This document shows positions 57,999 to 64,000 of a DNA stretch of 64,000 nucleotides, piece after piece; position 1 is the first letter of the stretch, and each line of letters begins with the position of its first letter. A program made the position numbers and the translations under genes. The notes beneath the pieces are model-generated. The model ran no database searches. It was not told the origin of the DNA and was given only the letters and a program-made list of their open reading frames with translations. The stretch lies in NCBI GenBank assembly GCA_965217115.1, contig OZ244239.1, forward strand, positions 582,392-646,391, given 5' to 3'. This stretch comes from Bdellovibrionales bacterium (GTDB taxonomy: Bacteria > Bdellovibrionota > Bdellovibrionia > Bdellovibrionales > CAYMLA01).

Positions 57999-58139
57999 TC
58001 ATTTTTTATTCTCCATGGATTCATATTTCTGATTCCAGTTAGAATGTGTCACATTCGTTAGAGGGAGCCCTACATACCCTAATCCCACGATTCCGATTTT
58101 TGCTGACTTGTTCTCTAATTTTTCAATCAATTCTTGCAT
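57999..58139 (-). pseudogene. 5' remnant of an NDP-sugar dehydrogenase gene (UDP-glucose/GDP-mannose dehydrogenase family)
   Basis: From ATG 58139 it reads MQELIEKLENKSAKIGIVGLGYVGLPL, the Rossmann N-terminus of this family. It then continues as unrelated sequence to a stop after about 20 more codons. Confidence 0.65.
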
Positions 58140-58181
58140 ACAAGAAACCCTGACATTCTTATTCACACAATGACGCATACT

Positions 58182-58360
58182 ACACAACGGGCGATGGGGA
58201 TTCAAAGCATTCTCTCCATAAGGTTTAATTATTTTAAACCTTTACCATGTGCTGCTCAGCGTTATTTCTAAAACACAACGGGCGATGGGGATTCAAAGCA
58301 TTCTCTCCATAAGGTTTAATTATTTTAAACCTTTACCATGTGCTGCTCAGCGTTATTTCT
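58182..58360. repeat. Perfect tandem duplication of an 88-nt unit (58182-58269 and 58273-58360, 3-nt spacer AAA)
   Basis: Compared base by base; the two copies are identical. It lies in the divergent intergenic region between the dehydrogenase remnant and manC. Confidence 0.97.
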
Positions 58361-58543
58361 CTGCTGACACGCCCCCTTCATCCCATTTCAGCCTTCTCCT
58401 AAGCGCCTATAAGAAAATAATAGCCTACTCAAATACTGTATTGTAGATTTCTAGCTGCAAGAACCTCTTCTGCTGTAAGTATGATAAGAGAGGAAGCTAG
58501 CTAACATCAGTTAAATTTATTCTTATAAAAGGAAAATCATCAA

Positions 58544-59971
58544 ATGATCCCTGTGATTCTATCAGGTGGAAGCGGAACCAGGCTGTGGCCTGTGTCACGG
58601 ACCAATTATCCTAAACAATTCTGCCAACTCTTTCCTGAACCTCTGATGATTCAAACCCTTAAAAGAGTTGCCTCCTTTGGACCTGCTACTGTTATCACCA
58701 CCGAAGATCTCAAAGTGTTAACTGAAAAAACTCTTAAGAGCCCCACTCTCTCTGACACTGCTTGTATCTACGAACCTTTTGGCCAAAATACAGCCCCTGC
58801 CATAGCTCTTGTCTGCCAAATTCTTAGCAGACAAGGTAAAAAATCAGAAGCCGTGGGGGTTTTTCCAGCCGATCAACTCATAGAAAACAACTCTGTCTTT
58901 CAACAAGCCATACAGCTCAGTGAACAATACGCTCAAAAAAATCAAGTTGTCACACTCGGCATCAAACCCACCCACCCTGCCACTGGCTATGGTTATATCG
59001 AAATCAAAAATGAATCCAGCAGTAACACGACTTCTGCAGAAGACTTTGTGGAGATATCTATTCATAAAGAAAAACCTCTCAAGGCCTTCCCTATCGCTAA
59101 TTTTCACGAAAAACCCGATTCAACAACTGCACAAGCCTACCTAAATAAGGAAACTTTTTTCTGGAATGCTGGTATTTTTATTTTTAAAGTCCAAACTATG
59201 ATCGATCTTTTAACGAAACACGCTCCTAAGCTCTGGGCAACTATCTCACAAATTAACTCTGATCTTAGTAATATCAAAGAAATTTATAACTCTGTCGAAA
59301 GCATCAGTATTGATCACGCTCTTATAGAGAAACTCTCCCCTGAACAACTCACCTGTATTCCAACTGATATGGGTTGGAATGATATTGGCTCCTGGGATGC
59401 CATGTCTGATATACCCGCTAAAATAAAATCCTCTCAAACAATCCAAATTAACTCTAAAAACAATTATCTCTTCTCTGAAAAAAACAAGACCTATGCCCTT
59501 AATAACGTTTCCGAACTAATCGTTGTCGATACTAACGACGCTCTGCTTATTACTCGCAAGGGGTGCTCTCAAGAGATTAGAGAGGTTGTCAAAAAATTAA
59601 ATGCCGAGGAAAATCCGCGAGTAAAAGATTTTCCCTCTGAACAAAAGCCATGGGGCCAGTATGAAATTTTAAAAGATTCAACTAAATTCAAAACTAAAGC
59701 AATCACCATTGACCCCAAAAGTCAGATTTCCTATCAATCCCATAAACAACGGGAAGAACACTGGATCATTGTCTCAGGCTCTGGAGAAGTTGTTCTTAAC
59801 GGTGAGACAATCTCTGTTAAAAAAGGCAGTTACATCCATATTCCTCAGGAAAGCAAACATCGCATACGTAATACAGAGAACATCCCTCTTGAATTTATTG
59901 AAGTCCAAATGGGGGAATATTTTGGTGAAGACGATATCATTCGTTATGATGACGACTACAATAGAACCTAA
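58544..59971 (+). CDS. manC: Mannose-1-phosphate guanylyltransferase / mannose-6-phosphate isomerase (type II PMI-GMP)
   Basis: IPVILSGGSGTRLWPVSR and a C-terminal cupin (WG.Y......K.I.I.P...IS.Q.H..R.EHW). Confidence 0.9.
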   Translation: MIPVILSGGSGTRLWPVSRTNYPKQFCQLFPEPLMIQTLKRVASFGPATVITTEDLKVLTEKTLKSPTLSDTACIYEPFGQNTAPAIALVCQILSRQGKKSEAVGVFPADQLIENNSVFQQAIQLSEQYAQKNQVVTLGIKPTHPATGYGYIEIKNESSSNTTSAEDFVEISIHKEKPLKAFPIANFHEKPDSTTAQAYLNKETFFWNAGIFIFKVQTMIDLLTKHAPKLWATISQINSDLSNIKEIYNSVESISIDHALIEKLSPEQLTCIPTDMGWNDIGSWDAMSDIPAKIKSSQTIQINSKNNYLFSEKNKTYALNNVSELIVVDTNDALLITRKGCSQEIREVVKKLNAEENPRVKDFPSEQKPWGQYEILKDSTKFKTKAITIDPKSQISYQSHKQREEHWIIVSGSGEVVLNGETISVKKGSYIHIPQESKHRIRNTENIPLEFIEVQMGEYFGEDDIIRYDDDYNRT

Positions 59972-60003
59972 TATCATCATACAGCGATAAGGAATCTTTC
60001 TCT

Positions 60004-60531
60004 ATGAGCCTCGTACTTAAACAAATTTTTTCCTTTCTGAAGCTTCTCAATTCAGAAACAGGAACAACACAAATCGCCCTCGGACTATCCCTTGGAATCA
60101 TCCTAGGTTTTGCTCCAACTCTTTCTCTACAAACTCTCTTCGTTTTTGGTCTTAGTTTTGTTTTCCGTATTCAATTAGGAGCTGTCTTTCTCTCAACATT
60201 TGTTTTTAAATTTTTAGCCTATCTCGCCGATCCTCTCTGTCATGAAATTGGCCGCCTTGCCCTTGAAAATACCTCAATGCAACCTCTCTTCACAACACTC
60301 TATAATATGCCCGTAGTTCCCTTAAGTCAGTTTAATAACACCATCGTTATGGGATCTGCCATTCTCTCTATTCTTCTCTCTATTCCCATGGTTTTTATCT
60401 TTCAAAAACTCATTCAAAAATATCGACAAAACATACTCGAACACTTTAAAAACAGCCGCTTTTACAAAATCCTTAAAACCACTTCATTTTACCGATGGTA
60501 TCATAAGTACAACGAACTCTATGGTTCATAA
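60004..60531 (+). CDS. DUF2062 / TIGR03546-like small membrane protein
   Basis: 175 aa. The N-terminal ...LL.S..G...IALG.SLG...GF.P...LQ and 3-4 TM segments, plus pairing with the next gene, match my recollection of the TIGR03546/TIGR03545 pair. Confidence 0.5.
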   Translation: MSLVLKQIFSFLKLLNSETGTTQIALGLSLGIILGFAPTLSLQTLFVFGLSFVFRIQLGAVFLSTFVFKFLAYLADPLCHEIGRLALENTSMQPLFTTLYNMPVVPLSQFNNTIVMGSAILSILLSIPMVFIFQKLIQKYRQNILEHFKNSRFYKILKTTSFYRWYHKYNELYGS

Positions 60532-60542
60532 AAGGCCTCGTC

Positions 60543-62498
60543 ATGACGAAAAAAATAAAAAAACCTCCTTTTAGGCTAGAGGCCCTCATTCCATTTGCTA
60601 TTGTTATTTTTCTTTTTTCTATTTATTCCCATTTCTTTTTTCATTCCCATGTAAAAAATCTTATCCAATTCTCCGCAACATGGATCAACGGCGCCGAAGT
60701 TAATATTGGCAGCTTTAAATCTAGTATCTTCAATGCTAGTTTTGAATTTAAAAATATTCAAATCACAGACCCTCAGAATCCTAAACGAAATTCCATAGAG
60801 ATTGAACGTATACACTCTCAAGCCCTCTGGGATGGGCTACTTAGAGGAAAACTCATTGTTGAACTCGCCAGTGTTGAAGGAATTGCAATTAACTCTCTAC
60901 GAAGAACCCAAGGAAAAACCCTTTCACAATCAGATAGATCTAGCCGCCAGAGAACCATTGAGAAAACAGAAAAAATAGCAACAACTCACATTCAAGAAGA
61001 GTTTTCCAATAACATTCTCTCCGATATGGCCTCTATTGCAGGGGGAAATAGCTCCAAAAAACAGTTAGAACTCATTCAAGGAAATCTGCAAACTTCGAAA
61101 TACATTGAAAAACTTAAAAAAGAGTTGCAAAAAAAACAACGCTCTTGGCAAGAGAGGCTTAAGACTCTACCTACTAATAAAGCTCTTAAAGAGTTACAGG
61201 TGAAATTAAAAAATATAAAAACCTCCAACTTTAAAAATGTCTTCGAACTTCAAAATTCTATAGAACGGCTAAAAACCGTCATTGATGACTCTAAGGGAAA
61301 ATATAAAACCATTTTCAGCGCAAACAAAGAGTTAAAACAAGATATCTCTTCTATTCAAAAAAAAATCAACAGTATCAACCATTTTGTTAAAAATGATATT
61401 CAATCTTTGGAGAAAAAACTTCGCATACCATCTCTTGATCCCAAAGAAATTTCTAAATCTCTTTTTCAAAAACAGTTTACCCCCTATCTACAAAAATTCG
61501 ATGCTTACATGAAGATAGCTGAAGAATACATGCCCCCTAAAAAAACAGCTGAGCAACTAAAAGAAGAACGTAAACAAAAACTCTCCCCCCATAAAAGACA
61601 TCAAGGGCGTAATTATCACTTTGGCACATCCACATCATATCCCCTCGTTTGGATAAAAAAAGTTGTCATTTCATCCAAAGAGAATAAGTCTAAAAATACG
61701 GGGTCTTTACGTGGAGAAATCCTAAATATCTCAACAAATCAATCTCAAATTAATAAACCTCTTATTGCATCCATATCTGGAGATTTCCCTCAGAAAAACA
61801 TCTACGGCCTCATCTCCCATCTCACCATTGATCATCGAAGCACAGTGCCATCAGAAACTCTTGACCTCTCAGTTACCCGTTACCCAATAGAGACACGGGA
61901 AATATCCAACACCCCAGAGGTGAAGCTTATTATAACCGAGGCCCAGGGGGGATTAAAACTCAAAGCCTTGCGCACAAACAATCTGGTAACAATGGTCATC
62001 AACAATCATTTCTCTTCCCTTAAGTATGAAATTGATTCTAAACAGAAAGAAATTAAAAATCTTGTTACCAATGTTATGGGCAATGTTCCTAAAATCTCAA
62101 TCAGCGCTTCGGCAAAAGGCTCTTTTCCACTTATGAACTGGCATATCTCTTCTAATATCGGCTACGAATTACAAAAAGGATTTGAACAGCAGATCAGAGA
62201 AAGAGTCAAAGGAGCAAAGAGAAGGATCAAAAAAGAGGTCAACGGAGTTATTTCTAAACAAAAAAATCAACTCAAAAAAAGTATGTACGATTTTAAAAAT
62301 CAATATCAAAAAGAAATAAATAACTTAAAACAGGAAGTACAATCAACACGTAAGTCAGCTAATATGAAAATTTCTCGGGCTAAAAAACAGGAAGGAAAGA
62401 AAGCTAAAGATAAAATTGAAAAAGAACTCAATAAAATTCTTAAAGATAAGGATGCTAAAAAGCTTCTTGATGATCTAAAAAAGAAGTTCAAATTCTAA
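60543..62498 (+). CDS. TIGR03545-like large uncharacterised envelope protein
   Basis: 651 aa. One N-terminal TM, a long coiled-coil K/E/Q-rich middle, a beta-rich C-terminal part and a Lys-rich tail. It lies directly downstream of the DUF2062-like gene. Confidence 0.45.
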   Translation: MTKKIKKPPFRLEALIPFAIVIFLFSIYSHFFFHSHVKNLIQFSATWINGAEVNIGSFKSSIFNASFEFKNIQITDPQNPKRNSIEIERIHSQALWDGLLRGKLIVELASVEGIAINSLRRTQGKTLSQSDRSSRQRTIEKTEKIATTHIQEEFSNNILSDMASIAGGNSSKKQLELIQGNLQTSKYIEKLKKELQKKQRSWQERLKTLPTNKALKELQVKLKNIKTSNFKNVFELQNSIERLKTVIDDSKGKYKTIFSANKELKQDISSIQKKINSINHFVKNDIQSLEKKLRIPSLDPKEISKSLFQKQFTPYLQKFDAYMKIAEEYMPPKKTAEQLKEERKQKLSPHKRHQGRNYHFGTSTSYPLVWIKKVVISSKENKSKNTGSLRGEILNISTNQSQINKPLIASISGDFPQKNIYGLISHLTIDHRSTVPSETLDLSVTRYPIETREISNTPEVKLIITEAQGGLKLKALRTNNLVTMVINNHFSSLKYEIDSKQKEIKNLVTNVMGNVPKISISASAKGSFPLMNWHISSNIGYELQKGFEQQIRERVKGAKRRIKKEVNGVISKQKNQLKKSMYDFKNQYQKEINNLKQEVQSTRKSANMKISRAKKQEGKKAKDKIEKELNKILKDKDAKKLLDDLKKKFKF

Positions 62499-62499
62499 T

Positions 62500-63945
62500 T
62501 TATTTGTAACTTCTCAAGTGCATTGCTTTATATATCTTGTAAAGACAAACTATGGTTATCACCGAAATAATCCCTGGAAAGGCCTCTGTGACTACAGGGC
62601 TTAAGCCAAACATTCTCCATAAAACAGTGACCAATCCTCCTACAAAAACAATAAATAAACACATCGTTTCTTTTATAGAAGGAAAAAGTATTTGTAAACA
62701 AGCTGCTGTTCCTAAAGTCACTCCCAAGGTTGACCATGAGAATACCACCATATCAAAAATGCTCCCACTGGAAAAAATAGCGGTCAGTGTTGTTACAATT
62801 ACTAAAATCACTGTTAACAATTTCGTAAAATGATACCTTGATCTATTTTTCAATAAAGAGACCTTTGGCATAATACTCTGAGAAATCGCAGCTGAACAAC
62901 TAATAATCTGCGAATCCACTGTTGACATTACTGATGAAAATATTCCCGCCAAAACAATCCCCACCAAAATCGCCGGCATTAGCTTTAAAGACAACAGAGG
63001 CAGTGCCATTTCAGGATCAAATTCTCCGACTCCCACATCTTTTAAAATTAAACGACACGCTAATCCTACAAAAAATAAGAACACAAAAAGAAGATTATTT
63101 GCTAGGTAATAATAGATTCTCATCTTCCTTAAGTTCTCGATTTTATCGAGGACCATTATTCTCACCATAACATGGGGTTGTCCCAAGATGCAAAGTCCTG
63201 AAAATACCCAACCTATAAGGAATAACAGGAACCCCCCTACTCCACCGCCTCCTGAGTTTTCAGGGAATAGAGTAAAATAATTAGAAGACACTCCTTGGAG
63301 ACCTCCCATAAACTCTTTCCATCCTCCTAAATAAATAAGCGAGTAAATCGTCAGACCCACACTCGAAGCAAGCATAACAATGGCCTGTACCGCATCAGTC
63401 CAGATAGAAGCCCTAATTCCTCCTGACCAACTATAAAACAATACAAAAAAAGCACACAGGATCGTTCCTGAAATCTCTGACCATCCCAGAACTGCCTGTA
63501 AGGCCTTACTACTAGCCTTTAACTGGGCTGAAGCGTAAATTGATAGAAAAATCAAAATCATAACAGCCAAAAAAAATCTTAATTTTTTATAAACCCCTGA
63601 AAATCTCTGGGAGACTAGGTCTTCATAACTCAAAGAGTTGTACTGGTTATGCAACTTTTTAAGCTTTGAACTTAAAGTATAAAAAACAATGATATCTCCC
63701 GTTAATAGACCAAACATCAACCAAGCAGCTGCTACGCCATTAAGATAAACAACTCCAATAAACCCAATAAACATATATCCACTCAGCTTTGAGGCCATCA
63801 TTGATAGAGCGCTCAACGCAGGAGAGACATCTCCACTAGAAAGCAAATAATCTTTCGAAGATTTCTGGCTTTTACGACTAGCTAAAAAACCCACCCCTAC
63901 AAATATAAGCATAAAGAAAATGAAACTATATAAAATCATATGCAC
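62500..63945 (-). CDS. Sodium:solute symporter (SSF) family transporter
   Basis: About 12-13 TM segments, SSF-like spacing, and the GGxxAxxWTDxxQ motif (WSGGIRASIWTDAVQ). Confidence 0.75.
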   Translation of the reverse strand: MHMILYSFIFFMLIFVGVGFLASRKSQKSSKDYLLSSGDVSPALSALSMMASKLSGYMFIGFIGVVYLNGVAAAWLMFGLLTGDIIVFYTLSSKLKKLHNQYNSLSYEDLVSQRFSGVYKKLRFFLAVMILIFLSIYASAQLKASSKALQAVLGWSEISGTILCAFFVLFYSWSGGIRASIWTDAVQAIVMLASSVGLTIYSLIYLGGWKEFMGGLQGVSSNYFTLFPENSGGGGVGGFLLFLIGWVFSGLCILGQPHVMVRIMVLDKIENLRKMRIYYYLANNLLFVFLFFVGLACRLILKDVGVGEFDPEMALPLLSLKLMPAILVGIVLAGIFSSVMSTVDSQIISCSAAISQSIMPKVSLLKNRSRYHFTKLLTVILVIVTTLTAIFSSGSIFDMVVFSWSTLGVTLGTAACLQILFPSIKETMCLFIVFVGGLVTVLWRMFGLSPVVTEAFPGIISVITIVCLYKIYKAMHLRSYK

Positions 63946-64000
63946 CCTTCTATAATTATTCAGTTTCTAATAAATATTTAAAAAACGTTAGGGTCTCTTT

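Noticed and set aside
58182-58360. CRISPR-like array
   Set aside because: There are only two 88-nt units with a 3-nt spacer, which is a tandem duplication and not a repeat-spacer architecture. No cas genes are in the window.

Overview
The window is an AT-rich chromosomal segment from a Gram-negative bacterium. Evidence for Gram-negative: a LolC/E permease, a candidate OM beta-barrel protein, an O-antigen-ligase family protein and many lipobox proteins. The gene content is reminiscent of Bdellovibrio-like/Oligoflexia organisms, but the taxon cannot be established from the sequence alone.

Housekeeping backbone:
- fabH-fabD-fabG-acpP-fabF-rpiB-glyA, purK-purE, serA, an acyl-CoA desaturase, korA-korB and pgi.
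- ridA, yciA, yifB/comM, xerD and a LOG-family protein.
- A response regulator / histidine kinase / Hpt phosphorelay operon, and a sigma-54 enhancer-binding protein.
- Three tRNAs: initiator tRNA-Met, tRNA-Arg(TCG) and tRNA-Arg(TCT).

Accessory or unusual parts:
1. A toxin-first HigB/HigA-like TA pair with a perfect palindromic operator at the left edge.
2. A tRNA-Arg-adjacent, visibly AT-richer island at about 10.5-18.4 kb. It holds seven same-strand secreted or membrane proteins of unknown function. It also carries a gene-terminal ~92-nt repeat family, interleaved inverted repeats, a paralog pair with near-identical ends, and a decayed gene fragment.
3. Four sigma-54-type (-24/-12) promoter matches, each in front of a secreted or lipoprotein gene of unknown function.
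4. A surface-glycan locus at about 45.4-60 kb. It combines a bacillosamine-type priming module and a WaaL-like ligase with an AT-rich six-gene cassette (CDP-ribitol-type synthase, TagF-like and LicD-like phosphotransferases, Wzm/Wzt exporter). The cassette is bounded by a truncated NDP-sugar dehydrogenase gene and a perfect 88-nt tandem duplication.
5. A TIGR03546/TIGR03545-like uncharacterised gene pair.

No rRNA, CRISPR array or recognisable transposase/integrase-bearing mobile element was seen. All functional calls rest on motif and family recognition by eye, not on database searches.
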